64,000 nucleotides of DNA from an uncultured Alphaproteobacteria bacterium. GTDB lineage: Bacteria; Pseudomonadota; Alphaproteobacteria; Rhizobiales; Xanthobacteraceae. The notes below the pieces were generated by a model. It made no database searches. It worked only from the letters and a program-made list of their open reading frames with translations, and was not told the DNA's origin. Shown here piece after piece: positions 9,415 through 23,503 of this stretch. Both the position numbers and the translations under genes were made by a program. The stretch covers positions 784,958 through 848,957 of the forward strand of contig CAWEMT010000003.1 of the NCBI GenBank assembly GCA_963810255.1. The letters are read 5' to 3'. Each line of letters begins with the position of its first letter. The stretch's first letter is position 1.

Positions 9415-9488
9415 TCTAATCTCGTATCCGCAATTCCCAGCGAATTTTCGGCATTTCGACGCCCGAATGCAAGCCGCCGCCAAGGCCG

Positions 9489-10826
<1,338 letters not shown>

Positions 10827-10858
10827 TCATGCCCCGTGCTGCCGGGCATTGCAGGCGC

Positions 10859-11311
10859 ATGGCCAAAAAGCCGCTACAGCTCGGGCGCCCGGCGCCCATC
10901 CCCGCCTCGCCCGAGAAGGCGGTGCTCGACCGCGTGGCCAATCCGCACCCGGACACGGACTACGTCGCCCGCTTCACGGCGCCGGAATTCACCACGCTTT
11001 GTCCGATCACCGGCCAGCCGGATTTTGCCCTTCTGGTCATCGACTATGTGCCGGGGCGCTATCTGGTCGAGTCGAAATCGCTCAAGCTTTATCTCGTGAG
11101 CTTCCGCAACCACGGTGCCTTCCATGAGGCCTGCACGGTCGCCATCGGCAAGCGGCTCAATGCACTGCTCAAGCCGAAATTTCTGCGCATCGGCGGTTAC
11201 TGGTTTCCGCGCGGCGGCATGCCGATCGACGTGTTCTGGCAGACGGGCAGACTGCCCAAGGGCGTCTGGTTGCCCGACCCGGGCGTCGCGCCCTATCGCG
11301 GCCGCAGCTAA
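10859..11311 (+). CDS. queF: NADPH-dependent 7-cyano-7-deazaguanine reductase (type I QueF)
   Basis: I prefer the start at ATG 10859 (MAKKPLQLG...). It has the QueF motif [14 protein letters not shown] and E(S/L)K(S/A)hK ([10 protein letters not shown]). Confidence 0.85.
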   Translation: MAKKPLQLGRPAPIPASPEKAVLDRVANPHPDTDYVARFTAPEFTTLCPITGQPDFALLVIDYVPGRYLVESKSLKLYLVSFRNHGAFHEACTVAIGKRLNALLKPKFLRIGGYWFPRGGMPIDVFWQTGRLPKGVWLPDPGVAPYRGRS

Positions 11312-11324
11312 TCAATATCCGCTC

Positions 11325-11425
11325 GTCCCCGCGAAAGCGGGGACCCAGGGGCGACCTCCGGAGCATTAAATTGTGGCTCTGGCTTCCCGCTGGAGCCTGT
11401 CCCCGCGTAGGCGGGGACGGGAATG
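11325..11425. repeat. REP-like element, family C (two gtccccgc-N4-gcggggac hairpins)
   Basis: Hairpins at 11325-11344 (gtccccgcgaaagcggggac) and 11399-11418 (gtccccgcgtaggcggggac), followed by gggaatgaacg. The related copy at 60117-60196 shares an identical first hairpin and the same tail. Confidence 0.75.
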
Positions 11426-11438
11426 AACGAAAATTAGC

Positions 11439-12596
11439 TTAACTGTTCGTCGGCCGCCGCAAAAAGTGCCCGCAAACGAGGCCGACGCCGACCAGCACGG
11501 CCGCGCCAAAGATCAGGACCGGTCCAAGCCCGATGGTCGAAAGCCCGGCGCCGTAGACAACCGGACCCACAGCCTGACCAAGAAAAAAGAAAAACGAATG
11601 CAGCGCCATCGCCGAACCACGCGCGGCCGGCGCCAACTCGCTGGCGTAGATTTGAATGACGGCGTGCAGCAAATAGAAGCCGAAGCCGAGCAGCGCGAAA
11701 TTGGCGAACTCGACCGGCCACGGCGCGCGGGCGGCGATGATCACGAGGCACAATCCCATGATCGCGCCGCCCAAGCGCATCATGCGGGTCTCGCCGAGCC
11801 GCGCGAGTAGCTGCGAAACTGATATGCTATAGAGCGCCCCGCCGATGCCGAAGCCGGCGATGACAATGCCGGCGATCGAGGCGCGGGTCTCGCCCGCCTG
11901 ATGCAGCATGGTGGCGATGTAGGGAAACACCCCGTACATGAACATCGCCTCCAAAAACACCGCGCCGAAGCAGATCTTGGCCAGCGGATTGCGGAAAATC
12001 GCGCGGTAGTTCGGTCCGAGCGTGCGCAGGTCGAAGCCGCGGGGCGTTTCCGTCTGTCCGCGGAAACCGGGAATGGCGGTCACAAGCACGATGGCGCCGA
12101 ATAGACCGGTCGCAAAGAACACGCCGCGCCAGCCGATCAAGTCGCCCACGACGCCGGCGCAGGTCGCGCCCAGAAGGTTGCCGGTCATGATGGCGAACAG
12201 CAGGCGTCCCATCGCCACCTGACGCTCGGCCACCGGAATCTTGTCGCCGACCAGCGCAAAGGAAATCGGCACCACGCCGCCAGCGGCGAGCCCGGCGACC
12301 ACGCGCGCCCCGACCAGAACCTGGAAATCCGGGGCGAGGCCGCACACCACGGCTGCGGCCGCGAGGATCAGCAGACACAGCAGCATCAGTCGCGCTTTGC
12401 TGAACATGTCGGCCAGCGCGCCGAGCAACGGCTGCACCAGCGCGTAGGGCAAGGTGAAGGCGGTCGACAGCAGCGCCGCAGTCGCCGGCTCGACATCGAG
12501 CCCGGCCGCGATCTGCGGGATTACCGGGTCGGTCGAGCGCATGAACAGCGCGCTGGCAAAGACGACGAGCGCCAGAAGATTGAGCGTGCGGGTCAT
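11439..12596 (-). CDS. MFS transporter
   Basis: I prefer the start at 12596 (MTRTLNLLALVVF...). The upstream extension of the track ORF only translates repeat family B. About 12 hydrophobic segments are present, with an MFS-like loop motif GALADMFSKARLM. Confidence 0.8.
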   Translation of the reverse strand: MTRTLNLLALVVFASALFMRSTDPVIPQIAAGLDVEPATAALLSTAFTLPYALVQPLLGALADMFSKARLMLLCLLILAAAAVVCGLAPDFQVLVGARVVAGLAAGGVVPISFALVGDKIPVAERQVAMGRLLFAIMTGNLLGATCAGVVGDLIGWRGVFFATGLFGAIVLVTAIPGFRGQTETPRGFDLRTLGPNYRAIFRNPLAKICFGAVFLEAMFMYGVFPYIATMLHQAGETRASIAGIVIAGFGIGGALYSISVSQLLARLGETRMMRLGGAIMGLCLVIIAARAPWPVEFANFALLGFGFYLLHAVIQIYASELAPAARGSAMALHSFFFFLGQAVGPVVYGAGLSTIGLGPVLIFGAAVLVGVGLVCGHFLRRPTNS

Positions 12597-12610
12597 TAGT
12601 TGCTTCTTTC

Positions 12611-12659
12611 GCGTATGATCTTTTCCGAAAACCGGTTCCCACTTTTCGGGATCATGCGC
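12611..12659. repeat. REP/MITE-like palindromic element, family B, second copy
   Basis: gcgtatgatcttttccgaaaaccggttcccacttttcgggatcatgcgc, nearly identical to 6828-6876. It lies in the kdsA-MFS spacer. Confidence 0.8.
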
Positions 12660-12678
12660 GCGGGCGCGGTCTGCCGGC

Positions 12679-13521
12679 TTAGCGTTTCGCCAGCCGGTCG
12701 AATTCAACCAAGGTGCGCAGAAGCGGCTCCATCTCCTTGAGCGGCATCATGTTCGGGCCGTCGGAGGGCGCCTCGCCGGGATCCTGATGCGTTTCGATGA
12801 AAACGCCAGCGACGCCGACCGCCACCGCCGCCCGCGCCAGGACAGCTACGAATTCACGCTCGCCGCCGGAGGACGTGCCCTGCCCGCCCGGCTGCTGCAC
12901 CGAATGCGTGGCGTCGAAGATGACCGGCGCGCCGGTTTCGCGCTTGAGGATCGGCAGCGCGCGCATGTCGGAAACCAGCGTATTGTAGCCGAAGGAGACG
13001 CCACGTTCGGTCACCAGCACATTGCGGTTTCCCGCTCCCGTCAATTTCTCCACCACGTTCTTCATGTCCCAGGGCGCCAGGAACTGGCCTTTCTTGACGT
13101 TGACGACCTTGCCGGTTTTCGCCGCGGCGACAAGCAGATCGGTCTGCCGGCAAAGGAAGGCTGGGATTTGCAACACGTCGGCGGCTTCGGCGACGGACGC
13201 GCATTGCCCAGCCTCATGCACATCGGTGAGCACCGGCACTTTCAGTCTGTCGCGGATTTCCGCAAAGATCGGCAGCGCTTGCTCAAGCCCGATGCCGCGT
13301 GCGGATTTTGCCGAGGTGCGGTTGGCCTTGTCGAAAGAGGTCTTGTAGACGAGCCCGATGCCGACACGCGCGGCAATTTCCTTCAGGGCGTTCGCCATTT
13401 CCAGCGCGTGCGCCCGGCTTTCCAGCGCACAAGGGCCGGCGATCAGCGCCAGCGGCAGCGCGTTGCCGAAACGAACGGCGCCAACGGTCACAGTCGCGTG
13501 GGGAATGAGGGTCTGGTCCAA
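12679..13521 (-). CDS. kdsA: 3-deoxy-8-phosphooctulonate synthase (KDO-8-P synthase)
   Basis: KdsA-like sequence ([33 protein letters not shown]). I prefer a TTG start at 13521, preceded by gagga, giving 280 aa. The track start at 13584 would overlap the upstream gene. Confidence 0.85.
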   Translation of the reverse strand: MDQTLIPHATVTVGAVRFGNALPLALIAGPCALESRAHALEMANALKEIAARVGIGLVYKTSFDKANRTSAKSARGIGLEQALPIFAEIRDRLKVPVLTDVHEAGQCASVAEAADVLQIPAFLCRQTDLLVAAAKTGKVVNVKKGQFLAPWDMKNVVEKLTGAGNRNVLVTERGVSFGYNTLVSDMRALPILKRETGAPVIFDATHSVQQPGGQGTSSGGEREFVAVLARAAVAVGVAGVFIETHQDPGEAPSDGPNMMPLKEMEPLLRTLVEFDRLAKR

Positions 13522-13567
13522 GGCTCGTCCTCGCGGGCGGCGACCATGAAACGGCAAAAGCCCCCGG

Positions 13568-14431
13568 TCAACGGGCGGGTTCAAACACCAGAACTGCGCC
13601 TAATGCGTCCTCGCGGCCGACAACAGCGGCATTTCCAGCGTAAAGGCCGGCAATGCCGGCCAGTTCCGGCGCGTCTTGCAGCAGGCTTGCATCTGTGGTG
13701 GCGAAACGCAGCGCTGCGAGCCGCGGCCCGCGCGAAACGTCTGGCGGCGTCGCGCCGAAACGCCGTACGAAGGCGGCTGGCGTCACCACCTCGATCGTTC
13801 CGCGCGGCGTCGCGATGGTGAAGCCGCCGTCACTCGTCGCAGCCGTTGCGCCGGTAAAACTCCGCATGAAGGCGCGCTGCCGTTCCGGCTCGTCGGCAAC
13901 GGCGACAACGGCGGCAATGCCGGAAACGCTGTTGGCGTGTTCCTGGAATGCCGGGTTCCAGAAATTCTCCGGGTGGTGCTGCTGGCATACGGCAAAACGG
14001 ATGTCGGGCGCGGCCTTGTCCTCGGCGAAGGCAAGCGAGAAGCCGACCTTGGCCGCCGAACCGTCCGGCCGCTTTGCCTCGCGCTCGAAGCGCATGACAT
14101 CCGAGCCGGCGATGCCGGCAGCGAAAAACGCAGCCTGGTCGGCCGCCGCGTCGCGCAACTCCAATATGAGCAGCGAGAAACCCTGGTCGCGTTTGAGAAA
14201 GTCGCGATTATAGGCGCCGAACAAAACCGAAAATCCGTCGCTGCCGAGTTTGTCCGGCTCGGCCAACGTCAACAGTTCGATGAAGCAGCCGGGGAACTGG
14301 ATGATGTGATTGTGCGTGCCCCACGGGTGGCGATTGCGGGCGCCGACGGTGAAGCCGAGCCCGCGGTAAAGCTCGGCGGCGGCATCAAGATCGCGTACCG
14401 CATGGACGATGTGATCGAGGCCGCGCGCCAT
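13568..14431 (-). CDS. VOC (glyoxalase/dioxygenase-like) family protein
   Basis: 287 aa. The N-terminus [25 protein letters not shown] is typical of the VOC fold. Function unknown. Confidence 0.65.
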   Translation of the reverse strand: MARGLDHIVHAVRDLDAAAELYRGLGFTVGARNRHPWGTHNHIIQFPGCFIELLTLAEPDKLGSDGFSVLFGAYNRDFLKRDQGFSLLILELRDAAADQAAFFAAGIAGSDVMRFEREAKRPDGSAAKVGFSLAFAEDKAAPDIRFAVCQQHHPENFWNPAFQEHANSVSGIAAVVAVADEPERQRAFMRSFTGATAATSDGGFTIATPRGTIEVVTPAAFVRRFGATPPDVSRGPRLAALRFATTDASLLQDAPELAGIAGLYAGNAAVVGREDALGAVLVFEPAR

Positions 14432-14599
14432 GGTTGGGCCTATCGCGAAAAGCTGGGCTCCGGCCGTCCATAATGCCGCATTCGCGCGCGCAAAACAAAA
14501 CCGGCCGCGGGTTGCGCGACTTATGAATAGCGCGCCCGCGGCCGATCAACGTCCAATCTGCCGTATCTAATGGGGGGCCGATACGGCAGTCAGGACTTC

Positions 14600-14818
14600 T
14601 TACGACTTCTGCCTCTTGGAGCGCTTGGCCACGTGCGCCGGTGTCGACTGCGGGCAAGGGGCCAAATAGCCGTAAATCTGGTCGCCATCGGTCCAGACTT
14701 GGCATAGGCCGCTATTCTGGATCGGGCCACCCGCATAGTATGTGGGTTCGGCCGACGCAGATGACGCAAAAAATCCGCCGACCGCGAGCGCGGCGACGGC
14801 AGTCAAAACATAGCGCAT
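14600..14818 (-). CDS. small secreted protein, hypothetical
   Basis: 72 aa with a signal peptide MRYVLTAVAALAVGGFFASSASA/EP, two Cys and a basic tail. A 10-bp-stem hairpin at 14558-14589 follows the stop. Confidence 0.4.
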   Translation of the reverse strand: MRYVLTAVAALAVGGFFASSASAEPTYYAGGPIQNSGLCQVWTDGDQIYGYLAPCPQSTPAHVAKRSKRQKS

Positions 14819-15026
14819 TGTGATGTCCTCGGGGTTGAGTTGGCAAAACCTAACCCGATGAATTCACTGCTACCGCTCTTCGAACGCAAATATCTTCTTC
14901 GCTAACAAAGAGCGTGGGCAAATAACTTTCGTGGAAACAAAATCGCCCGCAGAGGCGGCAACGCCGTGATGATGAAAACCTGCATTAAATCGCGCTTCCG
15001 GCGCGTAACCGCGCCGTATCGAAAAT

Positions 15027-16667
<1,641 letters not shown>

Positions 16668-16833
16668 TTAGCCCTCCCGAATCGATTCGACGAGTGCGAA
16701 TATCTCAGAGCCGCCCTGCGCCTGTGTGTAGCTCGTGAAGTCTCTGTCACCACGTTTGCTTGCATCGGGTTTCTCATCGCGCGCATCGGAGCGAACCCAT
16801 GCCGCGTGGTTCCATGTCGTTTCCCATAACGCC

Positions 16834-16857
16834 GAAGGGCCGGTTTCCCGGCCCTTC
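16834..16857 (-). other. perfect 10-bp hairpin just downstream of secG (possible weak terminator)
   Basis: gaagggccgg-tttc-ccggcccttc. No clean U-tract follows on the minus strand, so a terminator function is uncertain. Confidence 0.3.
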
Positions 16858-16867
16858 CCTGAACCGC

Positions 16868-17281
16868 TCACTTTGACTGCGGCACCGCCGGCCCGCTCGG
16901 CGCCGCGGGGGCCGCCGGCGCACCCTGCTGCAACTTGTTGAGCAGCCCGCCGCCTCCGCCGCCGCTTGGCGAAGGAACAGCTGGCGCCGGAACGCTCGGG
17001 GCCCCCGGTGCGGTTTGTGTCGGGGCGCCGGGACTGCCTTCCAGGATCGTGCTTGGCTTGCGGTTCAACCCGGCCAGGATCGACAATACGAGACTAGTGA
17101 CGAAGAATAGGCCGGCGAGGATGGCGGTGGCGCGCGTGAGCACGTTGGCGGTGCCACGGCTGGTCATAAAGCCGCCGCCGCCGCCGATGCCGAGCCCGCC
17201 GCCCTCCGACCGCTGCAGCAGCACCGCGCCGATCAAGGCGAGCACCAGCATCAGATGGATGACGATAATCACTTGCTGCAT
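16868..17281 (-). CDS. secG: preprotein translocase subunit SecG
   Basis: 137 aa with the SecG-like sequence LLQRSEGGGLG, two TM helices and a Pro/Ala-rich tail. Confidence 0.85.
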   Translation of the reverse strand: MQQVIIVIHLMLVLALIGAVLLQRSEGGGLGIGGGGGFMTSRGTANVLTRATAILAGLFFVTSLVLSILAGLNRKPSTILEGSPGAPTQTAPGAPSVPAPAVPSPSGGGGGGLLNKLQQGAPAAPAAPSGPAVPQSK

Positions 17282-17400
17282 TAGGCCAACATCCGCTCAA
17301 ACGCACCGGTCCGGGCTGCCCGCCCAGGCGGCGCCATGCCGGTGATATAGGAATTCGCGGCGGTCTCTACACGATCATGCGGAGCATTTCCACCCTTGGG

Positions 17401-18159
17401 CTAGCGATAGACCGCTGCAATAGCGAGAAAATCAGCCGCTTTCAGGCTGGCGCCGCCGACCAGCGCGCCATTCACCTCGGCCACGGCCAATAGCGTCTGG
17501 GCATTCGCCGGGTTCACCGAGCCGCCATACAATATTCGGATGTGGCCGCCTTCGCTGCCGAACCTTTGCCCGAGCCGCTGGCGGATGAAGCCATGCACAT
17601 CGCCGACGTCAGCCGGCGTCGGCGTGATCCCGGTACCAATCGCCCAGACCGGCTCGTAGGCCACCAACAGACTGGTCGCGGTCGCGGCATCCGGCAGCGA
17701 TCCGTCGAGCTGACGGCCGATCACATCGAGCGTGCGCCGAGCCTCGCGCTCGCTGCGCTGCTCGCCAATGCAGACAATGGCCGTCAAGCCGGCGCGCCAG
17801 GCGGCTAGCGCCTTGGCGCGCACATCGCCATCGGTTTCGTGATGGTCGGCGCGCCGTTCGGAATGACCGACAATCACGGCCCGCGCGCCCGCATCGGCCA
17901 GCATCTCGGCCGCGATATCCCCGGTATGGGCGCCAGAAGGCTTGGCATGGCAATCTTGCCCGCCGATCGCCACCGCCGAACCGCGCGCAGCCGCTGCAAA
18001 ATCGGCGATCAAGGTTGCCGGCGGGCAGATCATCAGATCGGCATTGGCGGCCAAAGCGGCGGCGCCGTTGACGATCTTGGTAAGCTCGCCTTCCGAGATG
18101 GCAAGCCCATTCATCTTCCAATTGCCCGCAACTAAGGGGCGTATGCTTGCCGCTGCCAT
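17401..18159 (-). CDS. tpiA: triosephosphate isomerase
   Basis: I prefer the start at 18159 ([18 protein letters not shown]). Motifs IVGHSERR and [11 protein letters not shown] are present. Confidence 0.92.
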   Translation of the reverse strand: MAAASIRPLVAGNWKMNGLAISEGELTKIVNGAAALAANADLMICPPATLIADFAAAARGSAVAIGGQDCHAKPSGAHTGDIAAEMLADAGARAVIVGHSERRADHHETDGDVRAKALAAWRAGLTAIVCIGEQRSEREARRTLDVIGRQLDGSLPDAATATSLLVAYEPVWAIGTGITPTPADVGDVHGFIRQRLGQRFGSEGGHIRILYGGSVNPANAQTLLAVAEVNGALVGGASLKAADFLAIAAVYR

Positions 18160-18327
18160 CGTGAAGTCCTTGATCCGGGTGCGGTTATCAGACCCGCCTT
18201 GCGGGCGCCAGAGTGCTTGGCCGCAAGGCCGATCCCTCTTGAGTTGCAAGGAGTTGGCCCGAGGCTTAAAAGGACGCGGCCACCCGTCATCGCATCATCT
18301 GCAATTGGCTTACGAAGAAGCGCAAGC

Positions 18328-20240
18328 ATGCTCCGCGGAATCCACAAAGCCTCCTCGACCTGGCTCGGCAAGGCCGTCATGGCCGCCGTTATGGGCGTTT
18401 TGGTCATCAGCTTCGCGATCTGGGGCATCGGCGACATCTTCCGCGGCTTCGGCCTCAGTTCGGCGGTCAAGATCGGCAAGACCGAAATCTCGATCGAGCA
18501 ATTTCGCGAATTCTATAACAACCGGCTGCGGCAGTTCTCGCAGCGGCTTGGCCGCCCGATCACGCCCGACCAGGCGCGCGCCCTCGGCCTCGACCAGCAG
18601 GCGCTGCGCGATCTGATCGCCGAAACCACGCTCGACGAGCAAGCCAAGGCGTTGCGGCTGGGCTTGACCAATGCCGACATCATCCGCCGCATCACCAGCG
18701 ATCCGAGTTTCTTCGGCCCCACCGGTCGATTCGATCGCCAGCGTTTCGAGGAGGTCATCCGGCAGTCCGGTTACACCGAGGCCCGCTTTGTCGATGAGCA
18801 GCGCAATTTACTGTTGCGCCGGCAGATTGCCGAAAGCGTCGGCGGCGATCTGCACGTGCCGGCGGCCGCAATGACGGCAATGGATCAATACCAAAACGAG
18901 AAGCGCGCTATCGAATATCTGCCGTTCGGTCCGGCGCAAGCCGGCGATATTCCCGCCCCCACGCAAGACGTGCTGCAGAAATATTTCGACGAACGCAAAG
19001 TTCTCTTCCGCGCGCCCGAATACCGCAAGATGACCTTGATGCCGCTGGCGCCTGCCGACATTGCCAAGCCGGAAGCGGTTTCCGATGCCGATGCCAAGCA
19101 GTATCTACGACGCACACAAAAACGACTATGGCACACCGGAACAGCGTGAGGTGCGCCAGATCGTGTTTCCAAAAGCGGAAGAAGCCGCGGCGGCGCGCGA
19201 GCGCATCGCCAAAGGCACCTCCTTTCGCGGATCTCGCCAAAGAACGCGGCCTTAAAGACAGCGACACCGATCTCGGCATGGTGAAAAAAGCGGACATCAT
19301 CGACCCGGCCGTCGCCGATGCCGCTTTCGCGCTCAAATCGAACGAGGTCAGCCAGCCGATCAGAGGCCGCTTCGGAACGGTGATCGTAGCGGTGGGCAAG
19401 ATCGATCCCGGCATCCAAAAGAGCTACGAGGACGTGGCCGCCCAGATAAAACGCGAAATCGCCGAAGACCGCGCCAGAGCGAAAATCGGCGACCTGCGCG
19501 ACAAATTCGAGGACGAACGGGCGGCGGGCTCCACGCTCGCCGAAGCCGCCAAAAAACTCGGCATCAAAACCCAGGTCGTCGATGCGGTCGACCGTTCCGG
19601 CCGCGCGCCCAACGGCCAGCCGATCCCCGACCTGCCGCATTCGCCGAATGTGGTGGCGGCCGCCTTTGCCAGCGACGTCGGCGTCGACAATGAACCGCTG
19701 CAACTGCCGTCCGGCGGCTACCTCTGGTACGACGTCACCGGCATCACGCCGGCGCGCGACCGCGCGCTCGACGAGGTGAAAGCCCAAGTCGAAACCAGCT
19801 GGCGCAACGACGAAATCGCCAAGCGGCTGAAAGCCAAAACCGACGAAATCGTGGGCAAACTTAAGGCCGGCGGCACGCTGGCGCAGATTGCCAGCGAGAA
19901 TTCGCTGAAGGTTGAAACGGCCTCCGACCTGCAGCGCCGCAAGCCCGCCGGCTTCGTGCCGCCGAAGGTCGTGGAAGCGGTCTTCCGCACGGCGAAAGGC
20001 GAAGTCGCGAGCGCGGAAGGCAGCAAGGAAACCGAACGCTTCGTGTTCCGCGTGACCGACGTCGTCGATCCCAAGCTCGACCCTGCCTCCGAGCAAGGCA
20101 AAGCGATTACCGCCTCGCTGAAAAATTCCATAGCCGACGATGTCGTCGGGTCCTATATCGCGCAGCTGGAAAGAAACTTCGGCATTACGCTCAACCAGGC
20201 CGCACTTCAGCAAATCATCGGCGGCGGCGCTAACAACTAG
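18328..20240 (+). pseudogene. ppiD: PpiD/SurA-like periplasmic chaperone (peptidylprolyl isomerase D) interrupted by two +1 frameshifts
   Basis: The start at 18328 (MLRGIHKASSTWLGKAVMAAV...) gives an N-terminal TM anchor. The protein continues through three frames: ...DADAKQY / YDAHKNDYGTPEQREVRQIVFPKAEEAAAARERIAKGTSF / ADLAKERGLKDSDTDLG.... One surplus nt lies at about 19104-19105 and one at about 19223-19226. Removing both gives a 636-aa product. Confidence 0.8.
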
Positions 20241-20244
20241 TCCG

Positions 20245-21762
20245 ATGCAGATCGAGCCCTCGCAAACCGCATTCGCCGAATGCTACGGCCGCGGGCAGGC
20301 GCAGGTGGTCTGGACCACGCTGGTCGCCGACCTGGAGACGCCGGTATCGGCCTATCTCAAGCTCGCCGGCGGCAAGCCGATGAGCTTTCTGCTGGAGTCG
20401 GTGGAAGGCGGGGATACGCGCGGTCGCCATTCCATCATCGGCATCGACCCCGATTTGATTTGGCGCGCCAACGGCGTCCGCGCCGAAGTCAACGCCAATG
20501 CGGGAATTAGGCCCAACACCTTCTCCCCCTGCCCCGAGCCGCCGCTGCAGGCGCTGCGCCGGCTGATTTCGGAAAGCCGTATCGCGTTGCCCGACAATTT
20601 GCCGCCGATGGCGGCCGGTATCTTCGGCTATCTCGGCTACGACATGGTGCGGCAGATGGAGGAATTGCAGGCACCCAATCCCGACCCGATCGGCATTCCC
20701 GACGCGGTGCTGGTGCGCCCGACCATCATCGTGGTGTTCGACGCGGTAAAAGATTCCATTACCGTCGTGACGCCGGTGCGCCCAGAAAAAGGTCTCGACG
20801 CCAAGACCGCGCTGGCGCGCGCGATCGACCGCATCGCCGCCGTCGTCGAGAGTCTCGACCGGCCGCTCGACAAGTCGCTGGCCGAACTCGACGCCGGGCC
20901 GATCGACGTGCCGGTGAAGTCAAACACGACACCGGACGACTTCAAGGCGATGGTGCTCAAAGCCAAAGACTACATTGCCGCGGGCGATGCCTTCCAGATC
21001 GTGCTGGCGCAACGCTTCGAGGCGCCGTTCACCCTGCCGCCCTTCTCGCTCTATCGCGCGCTGCGGCGGACAAATCCGTCGCCTTATCTCTACTTCCTCG
21101 ATTTCGGCAGCTTCGCGGTCGCCGGCTCCAGTCCCGAGATCCTGGTCAAGGTCTCAGGCGACGTGGTGACCATCCGCCCGATCGCCGGCACCCGCCCGCG
21201 CGGTCTTTCGCCGCACGAGGACAAGGCGCTGGAAGAGGAACTGCTGGCCGACCAGAAGGAGCGCGCCGAACATTTGATGCTGCTCGACCTCGGCCGCAAC
21301 GATGTCGGCCGCGTCGTCCGCATCGGCACCGTCACCGTCACCGACCAGTTCTTCGTCGAGCGCTACAGCCACGTCATGCATATCGTCTCCAACGTCGAAG
21401 GCAAGCTTAGCCCCAACCGCGATGCGCTCGATGCGCTGGCCGCCGGCTTTCCGGCCGGCACCGTGTCGGGGGCGCCGAAGGTGCGCGCCATGCAGATCAT
21501 CGACGAGCTGGAGAAGGAGAAGCGCGGGCTCTATGCCGGCGCCGTCGGTTATTTCTCCGCCGCCGGCGAGATGGACACCTGCATCGTTTTGCGCACGGCC
21601 CTCATTAAAAACGGCACCATGTATGTGCAGGCCGGCGCCGGCATCGTCGCCGATAGCGATCCGGATTACGAACAGGATGAATGCATCAACAAGGCGAAGG
21701 CCTTGTTCCGCGCCGCCGAAGAAGCACGCCGCTTTGCCAGCGCCGCCAAGCGCGGGCAGTAA
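20245..21762 (+). CDS. trpE: anthranilate synthase component I
   Basis: The start at 20245 (MQIEPSQTAF...) lies 5 nt after the ppiD stop. TrpE motifs LLESVEGG and GYFSAAGEMD are present. Confidence 0.93.
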   Translation: MQIEPSQTAFAECYGRGQAQVVWTTLVADLETPVSAYLKLAGGKPMSFLLESVEGGDTRGRHSIIGIDPDLIWRANGVRAEVNANAGIRPNTFSPCPEPPLQALRRLISESRIALPDNLPPMAAGIFGYLGYDMVRQMEELQAPNPDPIGIPDAVLVRPTIIVVFDAVKDSITVVTPVRPEKGLDAKTALARAIDRIAAVVESLDRPLDKSLAELDAGPIDVPVKSNTTPDDFKAMVLKAKDYIAAGDAFQIVLAQRFEAPFTLPPFSLYRALRRTNPSPYLYFLDFGSFAVAGSSPEILVKVSGDVVTIRPIAGTRPRGLSPHEDKALEEELLADQKERAEHLMLLDLGRNDVGRVVRIGTVTVTDQFFVERYSHVMHIVSNVEGKLSPNRDALDALAAGFPAGTVSGAPKVRAMQIIDELEKEKRGLYAGAVGYFSAAGEMDTCIVLRTALIKNGTMYVQAGAGIVADSDPDYEQDECINKAKALFRAAEEARRFASAAKRGQ

Positions 21763-21828
21763 CGATGCAGGATGGGTCTGCTTGACCCCCCTCCGGCCTC
21801 GCCGTAAGACCCTGAACGGCGAGCAAAC

Positions 21829-22464
21829 ATGATCGTTCTGATCGATAATTACGACAGCTTCACCTTCAACCTGGTCCACTATCTGGGCGGACTGGGCGCG
21901 GATGTCGTCGTGCATCGCAACGACAAGATTTCGAGCGCCGAGGTGATCGCCGGCGCGCCCGACGCCATCGTGCTGTCGCCCGGTCCCTGCACGCCCAATG
22001 AAGCCGGTATCTGCCTCGATCTTATTGCCAAGGCCGCGCGCACAATTCCCATTCTCGGCGTCTGTCTCGGCCATCAGGCCATCGGCCAGGCCTTCGGCGG
22101 CACGGTGGTACGCGCAGCTCCCGTGCACGGCAAGGTGTCGGAAATCCGTCATAACGGCTCAGGCGTATTTCGCGGCATCAATGGACCGTTTCAGGCAACG
22201 CGCTATCACTCGCTGGTGGTCGATCGCAAAACCATGCCGCGCGACCTCACCGTCACCGCCGAAACCGGCGACGGTCTGGTGATGGGATTGGCGCACCAGA
22301 GCCTGCCCGTTCATGGCGTGCAATTTCATCCTGAGAGCATCGCCTCCGAGCACGGCCACTTGCTGCTGAAGAATTTTCTCGAGCTTGCGGATGTCTGGAA
22401 TGCCAAAGCCGGCCGTGGCGTGAAAGCCGCGCGCGCCTCCGCGCCGCTACACGCGGTCGGTTGA
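21829..22464 (+). CDS. trpG: anthranilate synthase component II (glutamine amidotransferase)
   Basis: 211 aa with [22 protein letters not shown] and HPES. Confidence 0.9.
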   Translation: MIVLIDNYDSFTFNLVHYLGGLGADVVVHRNDKISSAEVIAGAPDAIVLSPGPCTPNEAGICLDLIAKAARTIPILGVCLGHQAIGQAFGGTVVRAAPVHGKVSEIRHNGSGVFRGINGPFQATRYHSLVVDRKTMPRDLTVTAETGDGLVMGLAHQSLPVHGVQFHPESIASEHGHLLLKNFLELADVWNAKAGRGVKAARASAPLHAVG

Positions 22465-22474
22465 GGGCCAGCCC

Positions 22475-23500
22475 ATGGCCGACGAATTCAAAGCGCTCAT
22501 CGCCAAGGTCGCGACCGGCGCCAGCCTGACGCGTGAGGAAGCCGCCTCCGCCTTCGACCGCATGATGTCGGGCGAAGCCACACCCTCGCAGATGGGCGCG
22601 CTGCTGATGGCGTTGCGCGTGCGTGGGGAAACCGTCGATGAGATCACCGGTGCGGTTACAACCATGCGTGCCAAGATGCTGGGTGTGAAAGCGCCGCCCG
22701 ACGCTGTCGACGTGGTCGGAACCGGTGGCGATGCCTCCGGCTCGTTCAACATCTCGACCTGCGCCGCCTTCATTGTCGCTGGCTGCGGCGTGCCGGTGGC
22801 CAAGCACGGCAACCGCGCTTTGTCCTCACGCTCGGGCGCCGCCGATGTGCTGCAAGCGCTCGGCGTCAAAATCGACCTCAATCCGCAACAGGTGGGCCGC
22901 TGCATCACGCAAGCCGGCATCGGCTTCATGTTTGCGCCGGCGCATCATCCGGCGATGAAAAACGTCGGCCCCACGCGCGTCGAGCTTGGCACCCGCACCA
23001 TCTTCAATCTGCTTGGCCCGCTGTCGAATCCGGCGGGCGTGAAACGGCAGATGATCGGCGTCTTTTCCAAGCATTGGATCGAGCCGATGGCGCAGGTGTT
23101 GAAAAACCTCGGCGCCGAATCGGTCTGGGTGGTGCATGGCTCGGACGGACTCGACGAGATCACCATTTCCGGCCCGACCAGCGTTGCCGCACTGGAAAAC
23201 GGCAGGATCCGCAGCTTCGAGGTCACACCGGAAGACGCCGGGCTCGGACGGGCCAAGCCCGAAGCGCTGCGCGGCGGCGATGCCGACGAAAACGCCGAGG
23301 CGTTGCTGGACGTCCTCAAAGGCAAAACGGGTCCATTCCGCGACGTGGCGATTATCAACGCCGCCGCCGCCCTTATCGTTGCCGGCAAGGCGAAAGACTT
23401 GAAAGTAGGCACAGCGCTGGCGGCCAAGTCGGTCAGCAGCGGCGAAGCGGAAGGCCGGCTCGACCGACTGATTGCGATATCCAATGCGGCGGAAGACTAG
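22475..23500 (+). CDS. trpD: anthranilate phosphoribosyltransferase
   Basis: 341 aa with VGTGGD, KHGNRA and NLLGPLSNP. Confidence 0.93.
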   Translation: MADEFKALIAKVATGASLTREEAASAFDRMMSGEATPSQMGALLMALRVRGETVDEITGAVTTMRAKMLGVKAPPDAVDVVGTGGDASGSFNISTCAAFIVAGCGVPVAKHGNRALSSRSGAADVLQALGVKIDLNPQQVGRCITQAGIGFMFAPAHHPAMKNVGPTRVELGTRTIFNLLGPLSNPAGVKRQMIGVFSKHWIEPMAQVLKNLGAESVWVVHGSDGLDEITISGPTSVAALENGRIRSFEVTPEDAGLGRAKPEALRGGDADENAEALLDVLKGKTGPFRDVAIINAAAALIVAGKAKDLKVGTALAAKSVSSGEAEGRLDRLIAISNAAED

Positions 23501-23503
23501 GCC

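Noticed and set aside
16668-16871. 67-aa ORF filling the secG-pyrG spacer.
   Set aside because: It has low GC3 compared with real genes here and an odd composition. It runs through a perfect hairpin and has no SD, so it is probably non-coding.
20240-20245. Looked for a trpL leader peptide or attenuator upstream of trpE.
   Set aside because: trpE starts 5 nt after the ppiD stop. There is no room for a leader and no terminator/antiterminator structure.
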